From the IMG/VR virus record IMGVR_UViG_3300031857_000489, positions 1 to 39,783 of that record: a DNA stretch of 39,783 bases; one strand, given 5' to 3'. Under the pieces are notes generated by a model. The model had not been told where the DNA came from. It saw nothing but the letters and a program-made list of their open reading frames with translations, and searched no databases. The stretch comes from a virus. Its lineage: Duplodnaviria; Caudoviricetes. Positions 8,010 through 17,640 of the stretch are shown here, piece after piece. The stretch's first letter is position 1. The number at the start of each line of letters is the position of its first letter. A program made the translations under genes and the position numbers.

Positions 8010-8696
8010 TCACGCCGCGGCGATTCTGAACGACGCGGCCAGCGATTGTTCGAGTCGCTTGCGGACGGCGGCGGATACGGCAGACGGAACAACGATGCAC
8101 GCGCCAAAATCCAGAGCGGCGTTGAAGCCTCCCGAACCACGGCCGAGCGTTGCGACCGAATCGACGAATCCGTAAGGATTCGCGTTCAGCGACGACGCCA
8201 CGCCGTTACGGAACAGTTGAAACGTCGAGCTGATTACCTGAGACTGAATTTCCGTCACGCTTGAAGCTACCTGGTCGTACTGTTGTTGCCGTTTGTGGCC
8301 CGAGGAATCATGGCAGACGGACGGGTACGAATATCCGTCCCCGAAATAACGATCCCACGAATCCGCAATGTTCGTCGAGAGTAAGAATCGACTAGCGTCC
8401 GGAGAGTAATAGGCCATGACGACGGTCGCCGCGCTTGGCACGATTGATGAGATAGACGCGATCTCCATGTATTGATTCGATCCGAATCTCACCGTTGCCT
8501 GTCCGTTAAGGACAGCCGCTTTGAACGTCGGCTTGTTGCCGGCCGACGATTGCGTAGCGTTATTCGACGTGCCCGACCTCCCCGTCCACGTTTCCACAGC
8601 ATCACCGTCCGCGAAGCCGGTGAGGAAGCGGGCGTCGAGCGCAATGACTGCGCCGCAGGATGCCGGGTTCAAATGTCGTTGGCGTCGCGTGAGCAT
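8010..8696 (-). CDS. Tail-associated protein, LamG/concanavalin-like
   Basis: LDA...DGDAVETWTGRSG..NNATQ....KPTF....NGQATVRF pattern; follows the tail fibre gene. Confidence 0.6.
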   Translation of the reverse strand: MLTRRQRHLNPASCGAVIALDARFLTGFADGDAVETWTGRSGTSNNATQSSAGNKPTFKAAVLNGQATVRFGSNQYMEIASISSIVPSAATVVMAYYSPDASRFLLSTNIADSWDRYFGDGYSYPSVCHDSSGHKRQQQYDQVASSVTEIQSQVISSTFQLFRNGVASSLNANPYGFVDSVATLGRGSGGFNAALDFGACIVVPSAVSAAVRKRLEQSLAASFRIAAA

Positions 8697-10591
8697 CAGA
8701 ACGACACCTCCACCCCGAGAAGCCGAGCGTCAACGCCGAGATTGTCGCTGGCCACGTCTCTGGACACCTCGAACAGGACAAGAGCGTTTGCCGCCGGACT
8801 GCCGGTGATCGTGATCGCGGACGTCGCCGCCGTGCGATGCAGGTCGCCCGCAGTGATGAGCGTATCGCTCACACCGACCGCAGTTCCGCGAGCCGTGTCA
8901 ATCGCGTCGTCATCGGCCAGAGCCCGGCCGGCAAGCTGAAATTGAACCGTTCCGCTCCCGCTGTCGGCGGTCCAGAAAAACCGAGCCGTTACCGTGCCGC
9001 CGGAGTAATTCGACGGCATGGCGAGCATGAACTGGGCGTATTCCTGCGTGGTCGTATCAAAATCAAGCGTGTCGTAATTGGCCCGGTTCGAGCCGCCTTC
9101 GCTTGCGTTGACACCAGGCCCGTTGGTGACGCGGGGAATCATCGCAGCGGCTGGAATCCAGAGATTTCGAGCGCCGGCGGAGACGTCCTGAAACGTCGGC
9201 AACGCCCCGGCCCCGTTGCTCGTCAGAACTTGCCCGGCTGTCCCGACACTGGCGACGGATTGCTGCTCCCCGGTTGATGTCGTGCCCCCACAGACGACCG
9301 CGTAGGCGGTGGCCGACGTCCTCCCCGTTCCGCCAATCGCAGCGCCGATGGGAAACGGGTTGCCTTCGCTGACGACGAAAAAGCCGTTGCTTTTCCACAT
9401 CGCACCGGCGTCGCTTGGGTCGCTGGTCGGAGCTGTTGGGATGATATACCCGTCGTTTTCCCAATCGAGACTGACCCCGCCGGAGGGGCCGTTGAGACTG
9501 CGATTGTTCGGATCGATGCTGACGTTATTCTCGCTAGCGTGGATGGCTCCACCTCCATCGCACCAGATTCTCGACCCGGTCGGCATATAAATAACGCCGC
9601 CGTCCTTCATTTGGATCGAGACATTCTCCATAACGATGTCTGTCCAGCACTTGATGGTTCCGCCGGTGTACGTGACGTAAACGGTGCCATCGGCGGCAAT
9701 TAGTTGCCGGTTATATGGATCGATGGAGGCGTACGTGCCGTCGGTGATGACGGAGCTTCCGCTAAAGGCGACGTTGCCTGTCATCGTGCCGCCGGCGAGG
9801 CTAAGCTTCGCATCCAACGCCGTTTGCGTCGCCGTACTCACCGGCTTGTCCGCGTCGCTTGTGTTGTCGACGTTGCCGAGGCCGACCTGCGACTTTGTGA
9901 CGCTGTGCGGGTTGCTCGTGTTGCCGGTGTGCGAGGAAAGGGAGGACGCAACAGCCGACGCCGAACCGGCCGGATCAGCGCCGACGTCGTCGTAATCCAG
10001 CGTCCACGACCGATTCGCCGACAGGTCGTAGGTCGTGCCGTTGATCGTCAGTGTGCGGGACGTGGGGACGGCGCCGGAAAGCGTCGGCAGCGAAGCGTAG
10101 GGCGTGATGGACAACGCCCCGCCGATGGCCGTCTGCGTCACGACACCTGGCCCGGTCGCCGACAAATTGGCTTCCGTGCCGCCTCGAGACAGAGACAGAA
10201 CAGTCGAGCTGGCAACCGGCACCTCGTCGAACGACGCGCTGTCGTTCAGCGTCCACGAAACCCGCGACAACACGGCTTCAGAGCCAACGTCGACACGACG
10301 GATTTCAAGCAGCCACGAGCGCGAGGCGAGGGCTTGCGTGTCAGACGCCGCGGTAGACAACCTGAACGCGCCGCCGGATGTTTTGTTGGAAAACGACAAA
10401 TCCGTCCACGACTTGACCGGCCTTTCGCCGATCGACGTGGATAAGGTCGCCTTGAGCGTCCAGTTTGTGACGTCGGTCGTCGCCCCGGATTGCGTGAAAT
10501 TGAACGTGCTCGCCTCGCCCACGGTTCCGAGCGCGGACTGGTCGGACAGCGTCGATAGGTCGAGGGACCATTGTTTCGCGTAAGTTGGCAT
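8696..10591 (-). CDS. Tail fibre / receptor-binding protein
   Basis: Fibre signature NPHSVTKSQVGLGNVDNTSDADKPVSTATQTALDAK, LAGGTMTG, GTAGQVLTSNG; Ser/Thr/Gly-rich; likely ATG at 10591. Confidence 0.85.
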   Translation of the reverse strand: MPTYAKQWSLDLSTLSDQSALGTVGEASTFNFTQSGATTDVTNWTLKATLSTSIGERPVKSWTDLSFSNKTSGGAFRLSTAASDTQALASRSWLLEIRRVDVGSEAVLSRVSWTLNDSASFDEVPVASSTVLSLSRGGTEANLSATGPGVVTQTAIGGALSITPYASLPTLSGAVPTSRTLTINGTTYDLSANRSWTLDYDDVGADPAGSASAVASSLSSHTGNTSNPHSVTKSQVGLGNVDNTSDADKPVSTATQTALDAKLSLAGGTMTGNVAFSGSSVITDGTYASIDPYNRQLIAADGTVYVTYTGGTIKCWTDIVMENVSIQMKDGGVIYMPTGSRIWCDGGGAIHASENNVSIDPNNRSLNGPSGGVSLDWENDGYIIPTAPTSDPSDAGAMWKSNGFFVVSEGNPFPIGAAIGGTGRTSATAYAVVCGGTTSTGEQQSVASVGTAGQVLTSNGAGALPTFQDVSAGARNLWIPAAAMIPRVTNGPGVNASEGGSNRANYDTLDFDTTTQEYAQFMLAMPSNYSGGTVTARFFWTADSGSGTVQFQLAGRALADDDAIDTARGTAVGVSDTLITAGDLHRTAATSAITITGSPAANALVLFEVSRDVASDNLGVDARLLGVEVSF

Positions 10592-10663
10592 GCCTGTCGA
10601 GTCTACCCCGTTGGTGGGGTTGTTCAACTCGACTTGGGGGAGGCTACTGGCGGGGGAGGGGCG

Positions 10664-10804
10664 TTAGCCGAGTTCTTCCCAAAATTCTCGGCGATGGCGT
10701 GCTTTCGCGAGAAATCGCCCGATTGCGATTCCCAGCGTCAGGCCGCCAAAAATGAATGACGCCCCCACCATCATTATCAGGTCGAACCAATTAAGTTGGA
10801 ACAT
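10664..10804 (-). CDS. 46-aa single-TM protein (below the track cutoff)
   Basis: Manual translation MFQLNWFDLIMMVGASFIFGGLTLGIAIGRFLAKARHRREFWEELG; GAGGA RBS. Confidence 0.55.
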   Translation of the reverse strand: MFQLNWFDLIMMVGASFIFGGLTLGIAIGRFLAKARHRREFWEELG

Positions 10805-10812
10805 GACATCCC

Positions 10813-12696
10813 TCAAGTGTACTGGAGATGCCGTGTGCAGACCCAGCCCTCATCAAGACTGTTGCTGCGGCGAAACTCCCACGAACCGCCGCTCGACGCG
10901 CCGACGGTGCTTCTTACCTCCGATGCGTCGAGTAGAAGCTGAAACCCGGTGTCGAGGCTACCATTGATGCGATCACCGCTGTACGGCTCGACCTTGACTC
11001 CGACACCGGCCGTAAAATCCCACCGAACCGCAATCAAAACTCGGTCATTTATCGCCGAGTCTGCGAATGACGGCAGAGTGATGACTGGATGCGGGTCGCC
11101 GGGTTGAACCGGGATCGCTTCCCACACGCTCGCCGAATAGTCCGACGTTTTCAGGCTAGTCCAATAATAATCAGTCCCGGCCGCATCGTCAAAGAAAAAC
11201 GCCGCCCCCACCAGGTTATTCGTCACGACGGCCAGCGTATGAGACGCAAAATCACTGGTGACGGTGATAATCCACGGATCGCCTGGGAGTCCGTCGCCGG
11301 TCATCGACACCGTCTCGCCGGACGCCGCCTCAATCGCCGCGTCAACCGCCGACGTCCCAGCCGTGTAGTCGAGTTCGCTCGTCTCCGTGCCGCCGTCCAT
11401 CGCGAGTGTGTACGTGCCCTCGCTGGCGTTGATGACGACCTCCCAGATCGTCGGCGTGTCGCTGCCGTTGCCGTTCTGCGTTCGCGTAATCGTGACCGTG
11501 CCGTCGCCGTCTCCTTCGTCGTCGGCCGATGTCATGTTGACGATTGTTCCGTCGTTGACCCGCCGCCCGTTGTAGCCGACGGCTCCCGTCACCGTCGCTT
11601 TCGTGCCCGATCGACCACCCGATTTGACAATCAGGGGGACATTTGGACCAGTGGCGCACATCTCGACCCAGGAATGCGACGGCACTCCGTCTACCAGCTC
11701 CGACGATGTGATTTTGGCCGGGAAATACTTCTCCCCGTCGTATTCAAAAGCATAGGTCTTCGTCCCCGTCAAATCGTCCGCATCGCTGTCCACCGTTCGC
11801 GACGCATACGAACCGGTCTCCGAAAACGTCCACGGCTCAGCCCGCGTCCCGCTGCCAGAAAACGACGTGAACGTCAGCCCGGTTGCTGATTCCAGTTCTG
11901 TTTTGATGTCCGCCGCCGTGGCGTCCGACGCGATCGCCGACGTCTCGTCGCCGTCGACCGTCAGCGTAAATGTTCCACTCGACACGTCGTCCAGGAACAG
12001 TTCGAACGCCGTCGATACGTCCGCTTCGTTGCCAGCGGTCGTCACCTCGAACGACAGCGTCGGAGAGTCGCCGAAAACGTGCTTCAGCCAAACGATTGTC
12101 CCGAGCTGAACACGCCGGTTGTTGATTTCGACCGTGTTGTATTCGCCGAGAGCGGAATCCGATGGTTCCGACGGCAAATCCGCCATCGTGTCGAATTCCA
12201 ACCGTTCACAGGTGTATTGCCAGACCTTCGTCGAGCTTCCGACACGCCGCCGCGCCGCGATCGACGCCGGGAAAAAGTCGCCGGCGGAAGGCTGAGACGT
12301 CACCACTTCCCAACGGCCGCTGTCCGCGTGCCACGAAACGTAGACCGTGGCCCCGGATGTCGCGACGACGACGCCGGCATCGTGAGCCGAGTCGTAAACC
12401 GTCACCGGATCGCCGCGCAGCGTCATCGTCTTCGCGGCCGCATCGTACAGCAAAAACTCGCCAGCCGCGTACCAGCCGCCGACAAGTTCCTCGTCCAGCA
12501 CAACCCGCCGAAGCGTGATGGTCGTCGGATCAAGCCAGAGGAGCGGGCCGCCGATGCCGTCTTCGATGACCAGAGGCGGCGCGGCCGAAATCGACCGCGC
12601 GGCCGTCACCTCGTCCTGGATGCGAGACACCCACTCGGCCGAGACTCGATCGCCCGGACGTTCGCCGAAATTGCGCAGGGAGGGATGGAGCGACAT
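10813..12696 (-). CDS. Tail tip/fibre-like structural protein with an internal duplicated module
   Basis: Position after the TMP and hub-like gene; two copies of GT(F/Y)TLxxDG..TS..(D/Y)..A..(I/V)...(L/I)E.A.G...G.G....PW. Confidence 0.7.
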   Translation of the reverse strand: MSLHPSLRNFGERPGDRVSAEWVSRIQDEVTAARSISAAPPLVIEDGIGGPLLWLDPTTITLRRVVLDEELVGGWYAAGEFLLYDAAAKTMTLRGDPVTVYDSAHDAGVVVATSGATVYVSWHADSGRWEVVTSQPSAGDFFPASIAARRRVGSSTKVWQYTCERLEFDTMADLPSEPSDSALGEYNTVEINNRRVQLGTIVWLKHVFGDSPTLSFEVTTAGNEADVSTAFELFLDDVSSGTFTLTVDGDETSAIASDATAADIKTELESATGLTFTSFSGSGTRAEPWTFSETGSYASRTVDSDADDLTGTKTYAFEYDGEKYFPAKITSSELVDGVPSHSWVEMCATGPNVPLIVKSGGRSGTKATVTGAVGYNGRRVNDGTIVNMTSADDEGDGDGTVTITRTQNGNGSDTPTIWEVVINASEGTYTLAMDGGTETSELDYTAGTSAVDAAIEAASGETVSMTGDGLPGDPWIITVTSDFASHTLAVVTNNLVGAAFFFDDAAGTDYYWTSLKTSDYSASVWEAIPVQPGDPHPVITLPSFADSAINDRVLIAVRWDFTAGVGVKVEPYSGDRINGSLDTGFQLLLDASEVRSTVGASSGGSWEFRRSNSLDEGWVCTRHLQYT

Positions 12697-13862
12697 TACG
12701 GCACCGAGACAACGTATTTTGAGGGTCGGAACAGATTCGCCATGTTAGCAAAATCAAAGATATTCACGCCTTTTTCCATGACGATGAAATTAGTCCACGG
12801 CGCGTTGAGCGCCGTCGTCCGCTGTGCGACTGCCTCGTACCAGCCTTCCGGCGGATCGTTCGGCGGGTTGGACGAATAGCTGTCCCGCTTGATCGGCGGC
12901 AAAAACACATGGTTGTGGCCTGGGTAAATCTCCTGCCCTCCACGCAGGGCAAATTCGCTGGATCGCTGCGCGAACTTGAACATATAGGTAATGTCGTAGA
13001 ACCGTCGCCCGAACGGCGACATCATCGGCTTCAATTCGACAGCGAGAAGAAGCAGCGTGCCTTTCTTGAACCCGTTGAATTCTCTGTCATTGACACGCCC
13101 CAGGCAATTATCGATCGCAAAATTGGTATTGTCCGGGTTGTATACCCGGCTCGGTACGGCGTCTTCCGGGATCTGATGCCAGGTGACCGACAGATTGACG
13201 GACGAAAGAAGCTTGTTGATGCCGGCCGCGATCGGCACCTCAGCTTTGTTGTTCGCGTTCCCAGAATAGAGCCCCGCGTAAAAGTAAGCGTTGCCGTGGC
13301 CGCCGATCTGGACCGTTTGCACTTCCGTTTGAGGCCGGCAAAGCCGCGTGATGTAGCGTTTCCAAAACGACTCGTCAGGAAAGCCCGATCCCTCGCTCGA
13401 CATTTCTCCGACGAGTTGGGAATCGGAGATGATTCGATACGTCCGCGTCGCGAAATTGACCGTGCATCGTGCTTTCGCGTAGCGGGCTTGAGCGTTTTTG
13501 TCGTCGCCGGTGTAGCAGACCGAATCGTCCGGCACGCCGAGCCCTTCAATGTCTACCGAGGTCGCGTACAGAAACGGCTCGCGCTCGTCCGTGTTGTCAA
13601 AATTCAGCGTCCACGGCAACGATCGTTTGATGTGCCATCCGCTACCGACGACGTTAGTGTCGTCCGTGTGCTGGTAGTGGTCGCCGATCACGTATTCCGC
13701 GAACATTACCGAGTAGTCCCAGGGGATGTCGACCGTTCGAACGGCGCTGGAGCGGTCCCATTCGAGCCGAATTCGCGGGGAGCGAACCGGGCCGATAATT
13801 TCCTTCCAGTCGATCGTTTGACCGCCTGATTCCGGTGTAAAGTCCACTGTGACGCTCTCCAA
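12696..13862 (-). CDS. Tail tip (distal tail/hub-like) protein
   Basis: First gene after the TMP; TAATG coupling to the next gene; start could be GTG at 13850 after GGAGAG. Confidence 0.65.
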   Translation of the reverse strand: MESVTVDFTPESGGQTIDWKEIIGPVRSPRIRLEWDRSSAVRTVDIPWDYSVMFAEYVIGDHYQHTDDTNVVGSGWHIKRSLPWTLNFDNTDEREPFLYATSVDIEGLGVPDDSVCYTGDDKNAQARYAKARCTVNFATRTYRIISDSQLVGEMSSEGSGFPDESFWKRYITRLCRPQTEVQTVQIGGHGNAYFYAGLYSGNANNKAEVPIAAGINKLLSSVNLSVTWHQIPEDAVPSRVYNPDNTNFAIDNCLGRVNDREFNGFKKGTLLLLAVELKPMMSPFGRRFYDITYMFKFAQRSSEFALRGGQEIYPGHNHVFLPPIKRDSYSSNPPNDPPEGWYEAVAQRTTALNAPWTNFIVMEKGVNIFDFANMANLFRPSKYVVSVP

Positions 13863-13886
13863 CCCCCTGCCCGGTGGTTGGCGTCG

Positions 13887-15926
13887 TCATGCCGTGCCGA
13901 CTCGAATATCCCGGACAGCCGTAACTGTGTTGCCGGTGTTGGTGTCGATGGCCGACAAGTGCTTCAGGTTCGGCAGATTGTCCAGCTGGATTTGCAGCAA
14001 CTGTGCTTCAAGGCTGCCGCCGCTGGCCGACGCCTGCTGGATGCGTTTCCACGCCTCTTCTATGCCCATGAACTGAGATTGGAAGTTGGACGAGTACAGC
14101 ATGTCACGCTGCGGCCCGCCGGCGACGCCCTGGATTCCGTTCGCCTTGATGCCTTGAAGCGTGGCAAGCGCCACCCGCAACTCGTTCCCGCGAGCGATCG
14201 GGGCGCGGGCCTGGTCGACGGCCATGTCGCGAGTTTGCATCGGCCTGGTGATGTTCAGTTGCCGGTCAAAGCGGTTCCTGGCCTCATCGCTGACGAATGG
14301 ATTCCAGTTTGCCACTCTCTGCAGCCAGTTATGCGCTTGAACGAATGCGTTTTCGCTCGTCTGTAGTATTGGGTTTTCCGGCTGCGGTATCCGCTGGGCT
14401 CTAGCCACGTTTACGGGCGCAGCCTGCTCCGCCGGCGCATTCGCGGCAATCTGCCGCTGCGTGGCCCGAATCTGCGCGTCGAGAATCGCCTGCCTCTGAG
14501 CCGGCGGGGCTTGCAGGTACGCTTCCCGCAATCGCGGGTCAGCAAACGCCTGCTCGAACTGCGATTGCGTCACCGGCTGACGCCTCATGTTTTGCTGGCG
14601 GATCACTTCGAGATCGTTTTCCGAACGGGCGATGCTGTTCGTGTTGGCTTGCGACGCCTGCGAAAAACTGTAGAGGGCGTACGCGACGCCGCCGACAGCC
14701 GCCGCGATCAGTGCCAGCTTGAGAAACGCGGGATTCGCCATCAACGCCGTCATGTTTTTTGACAGCGATACGATCGCAAGCCCAGCCCGCGTCACAGCCG
14801 AACTGATGATCAGAAAACCGCCGGCGACGGTGCTCGCCACAATCGCCCACTTGCCCCACTGGCCGATAAGCGCCTTCGTTTCCGGCGACAGCTCCCGGAA
14901 CCGCTGCGACATCTGTTGCACCCACCGCGCGACGTCGAGCACGGCCGGCAGAAACACAGTCCCGATCTCGGCGCCGAGCAGTCGAAACGATCCCGTCAAC
15001 GTGTTGAGCGTTTCCGGCGACGCCGAACCGACCGCGCCGAATAGAGACAACGCCCCGCCCGCGGCCCCGGCCAGCGACAGCGTCGACGTCAGTTGAGAAA
15101 TTCCGCCGAGTTTATCCTGAACCTTTTGCAGCGACGCGCCGACGACGCCCTGCTCAGCGACCATCCGCCGCCAGTTCTCGACCTCCATCCGCTGTTTGTC
15201 GATGCGGTCCCGCTGGATTCTGGCCCGCGAAAGCTCCTTGCCCTCCATCGAGTTCGTCAGGTCAAGCTGGGCTTTCGAGTAGGCGATTTGTTTCGTAACG
15301 GCCGCTCGTTCGGACGTCTGGTCGACTTTCGCTCGATTCCGCTGAAGCTCGGCCCCCTGCGGCGTTTTTGCCAGCTCAAGATCGGCATCGGCGTAGTGGG
15401 CCCGTTTCGTAACGGCCGCTCGTTCGGCGAGTTGATCCGCACGCGTCATGTCCCGCTGTAGTTTTTTGCTGTCATACGTCGCTGCCAGTGCCAGATCTTC
15501 GGCCGCGTAATCGGTACGCTTAACCACGTCGGCGCGTTGCTGAGTTTGCGCTTGCCTCGCCTTTTCCCGCTGAAGCTCGGCCCCCTCAGCGCTTCTCGCC
15601 GCATCCAGGTCCGCCCGCGAATACGCCGTCTGTCGCGCCAGTTGGGCGCGTTCTTCGGCAACCGTGGCCGAGCGATCGGCCATCGCCATATCTTGAAATC
15701 GCGACGATTGGAACGTCGCGCGATCCAGTTCCGCCATCTGGTATCGCTTGCCGGCGATCTTCTGGATTTGGGCGATTTTGGCGATGGTTTGTCGTTGATA
15801 GAGATTGGCGCTGTTGTCGAGAGCCTTATCGAACGCACGCAACTCGTCGCGCAGCGCGACCAACTCCACCTTGCCGCCGCCGCGAAGGCTGATGTCAATG
15901 AAAAGTTGTGCGAGTCGTGACATCAT
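13887..15926 (-). CDS. Tape measure protein
   Basis: Follows the chaperone pair; Ala/Gln-rich helical sequence, central hydrophobic segments, 38-aa repeats. Confidence 0.85.
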   Translation of the reverse strand: MMSRLAQLFIDISLRGGGKVELVALRDELRAFDKALDNSANLYQRQTIAKIAQIQKIAGKRYQMAELDRATFQSSRFQDMAMADRSATVAEERAQLARQTAYSRADLDAARSAEGAELQREKARQAQTQQRADVVKRTDYAAEDLALAATYDSKKLQRDMTRADQLAERAAVTKRAHYADADLELAKTPQGAELQRNRAKVDQTSERAAVTKQIAYSKAQLDLTNSMEGKELSRARIQRDRIDKQRMEVENWRRMVAEQGVVGASLQKVQDKLGGISQLTSTLSLAGAAGGALSLFGAVGSASPETLNTLTGSFRLLGAEIGTVFLPAVLDVARWVQQMSQRFRELSPETKALIGQWGKWAIVASTVAGGFLIISSAVTRAGLAIVSLSKNMTALMANPAFLKLALIAAAVGGVAYALYSFSQASQANTNSIARSENDLEVIRQQNMRRQPVTQSQFEQAFADPRLREAYLQAPPAQRQAILDAQIRATQRQIAANAPAEQAAPVNVARAQRIPQPENPILQTSENAFVQAHNWLQRVANWNPFVSDEARNRFDRQLNITRPMQTRDMAVDQARAPIARGNELRVALATLQGIKANGIQGVAGGPQRDMLYSSNFQSQFMGIEEAWKRIQQASASGGSLEAQLLQIQLDNLPNLKHLSAIDTNTGNTVTAVRDIRVGTA

Positions 15927-16321
15927 CGCCCCCAGGTTCGGTCGCGAATCACCTGCGACTGGTACTCAGCGACCCGCCGCTCGATCTCGTCTTTGGCGAC
16001 TCGCTGCTGCTCCAAGGAGAACCGGAAGCCCTCGATCTGAAGGAACTCGGCCCACTTGCGATCGATGTGCTCCTCTGACATGCCCCACGCCCGCCACTTG
16101 TCGCGGAACCTGTCTTCTTCCGATCGCTTCGGCGGCGCCGGCATGGCCACGTTGCCAGCCTCGTCTCTCTCGTACCAAATGATGCCGGCCACCTGCGCCC
16201 AACTCAGGCGGCGGATGGTTGCGATTGTCCATCCGGTTGCGTCGACAATGGAGGCAATGACGAATCGCCATCGGATTCGTGTTGGCTTGGCCCCGGCGTC
16301 GCGGGGCTTCCCTCGTTTGGG
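15923..16321 (-). CDS. Tail assembly chaperone, frameshifted C-terminal part (lambda gpT-like)
   Basis: In the -1 frame relative to 16204..16728; GWTIATIRRLSWAQV resembles gpT-type motifs; ATGA-coupled to the TMP. Confidence 0.75.
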   Translation of the reverse strand, partial: PKRGKPRDAGAKPTRIRWRFVIASIVDATGWTIATIRRLSWAQVAGIIWYERDEAGNVAMPAPPKRSEEDRFRDKWRAWGMSEEHIDRKWAEFLQIEGFRFSLEQQRVAKDEIERRVAEYQSQVIRDRTWGR

Positions 16322-16728
16322 TCGAGCGCCAGTTGGGCCGCGAGATCCTTCTGCACGAGCAGAAACAGCTTTTCCCACTCCGCTTCCACAATCTCCGCGA
16401 CCGTCTTCGAGTCGATGTCGGGGTGATGCTGAAGGATGCGGAAATAGGTAATCTTTTTCTGGCCGCTCAGTTGCGTCAGCCGCTTTTGACTCGTTTCGCC
16501 GAAGAAGTCGAAGACGCCTTCCGCGGACAGTTTCGCGACTGAGTCAAACGCTTCCGCACGCGAACCACCCGACCGCGCGGCGAACCGCAGCAATCGGTCG
16601 AGCGTTTCGCCGGCCAGCCAGTCTTCCCACGCCCCCATCACTTCCAGGGTGATCGGGCCGAGTCGATAGGTTTTTCCGCCGTGCTCGACCGTTCCTTCCA
16701 GGCCCAGGGCTTGCGATAGTTCCGTCAT
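16204..16728 (-). CDS. Tail assembly chaperone (lambda gpG-like)
   Basis: Between tail tube and TMP; GKTYRLGPITL; ordered sequence ends near LDPN at the slippery site. Confidence 0.8.
   Translation of the reverse strand: MTELSQALGLEGTVEHGGKTYRLGPITLEVMGAWEDWLAGETLDRLLRFAARSGGSRAEAFDSVAKLSAEGVFDFFGETSQKRLTQLSGQKKITYFRILQHHPDIDSKTVAEIVEAEWEKLFLLVQKDLAAQLALDPNEGSPATPGPSQHESDGDSSLPPLSTQPDGQSQPSAA
16290..16321 (-). promoter_or_regulatory. Programmed -1 frameshift signal: C CCA AAC (16321-16315), 7-nt spacer, GCCCCG/CGGGGC hairpin (16307-16290)
   Basis: In-frame X XXY YYZ heptamer; a -1 shift joins the two chaperone ORFs. Confidence 0.75.
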
Positions 16729-17132
16729 CAGGACACCGCCGCCCCGGTCGGATAGGACCAGCTACCGTTGCCGGTCCCCTGAATCGTGTCCGACATCGCC
16801 GCTTTCACGTCGGCACGCTGCGGCATGCGACTGATGAACAGATAAGGGATGTACCAGAACGGGCCGGCTGTGTCGTTCAGGTAAAGCTTGACCAAGGCCG
16901 CGTCGTCCCCCGGCTTAATCACGTCGTAAATGTTCTCCAGCCCGTTGTCGTCGAGCTGAATGTTGACGGTCAGCTTCTTGATGCCGCCGATGACCTCGTG
17001 GTAGCCGCCGCCCTCAAAATTGGTCACGTCAAGCTCATCGACCTGCGGCTCGACGTCCCATTGCTTTGCGACGACGACGGTCGCCCCAATGCGAACCTTC
17101 GCGTTTTTCGCGGAGTATGCGATAAAAGCCAT
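16728..17132 (-). CDS. Tail tube (major tail) protein
   Basis: LDVTNFEGGGYHEVIGGIKK tube motif; position before the chaperones. Confidence 0.8.
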   Translation of the reverse strand: MAFIAYSAKNAKVRIGATVVVAKQWDVEPQVDELDVTNFEGGGYHEVIGGIKKLTVNIQLDDNGLENIYDVIKPGDDAALVKLYLNDTAGPFWYIPYLFISRMPQRADVKAAMSDTIQGTGNGSWSYPTGAAVS

Positions 17133-17181
17133 GTGACTTCTCCTACACCCCTGCCAGGCGAAGAAGAAGATTGAGAGCCGT

Positions 17182-17601
17182 TTACGCGACCGAGACGCCG
17201 GTGGAGGTCAAAAGCAGCTTGATGACGGTCGTCGATGTGCCGTAGCCGACGATGAAAACGCGATCCGTCGACCCCAGGTCCGAAAACTCGCCGATGGAGC
17301 CGGCGGCGTCGTTGGCGTAGTACACGGTTCCGGCCACCACGGTTGCGCCGATCGTGATGCTGCCGCCGGTTTGAACGGCCCCCCACTGATTCGCCGAGCA
17401 CGGCGACAGGGCGATGCCGGTCGTGGTGCCTTCGCCGGCCTGGAGCGCGGTGCCGTCGCATTGCAGCTTGTACCACTTGTTATCAGCGGTGCTGCGGTAG
17501 ACGGGTTGACCTTGCGTGACGGCTTCGCCGAATTGTGCCGTTTGCTTCGTCGCGTCCGTGCTGGGAAGGACGTTCGCGGCCGTGATCGAAAGAACTGCCA
17601 T
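17182..17601 (-). CDS. Virion structural/decoration-like protein, 139 aa
   Basis: GEAVTQGQPVY...GIAL...G.VYY beta-rich pattern; lies in the morphogenesis operon. Confidence 0.6.
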   Translation of the reverse strand: MAVLSITAANVLPSTDATKQTAQFGEAVTQGQPVYRSTADNKWYKLQCDGTALQAGEGTTTGIALSPCSANQWGAVQTGGSITIGATVVAGTVYYANDAAGSIGEFSDLGSTDRVFIVGYGTSTTVIKLLLTSTGVSVA

Positions 17602-17640
17602 TTTTGATCTCCCGCACCCCTGCCAAGTGGTGAGGAAAGA

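Noticed and set aside
16369-16378. GGGAAAAG as the chaperone slippery site
   Set aside because: Read as TGG GAA AAG, so it is not in X XXY YYZ phase; CCCAAAC at 16315-16321 is in phase and has a hairpin
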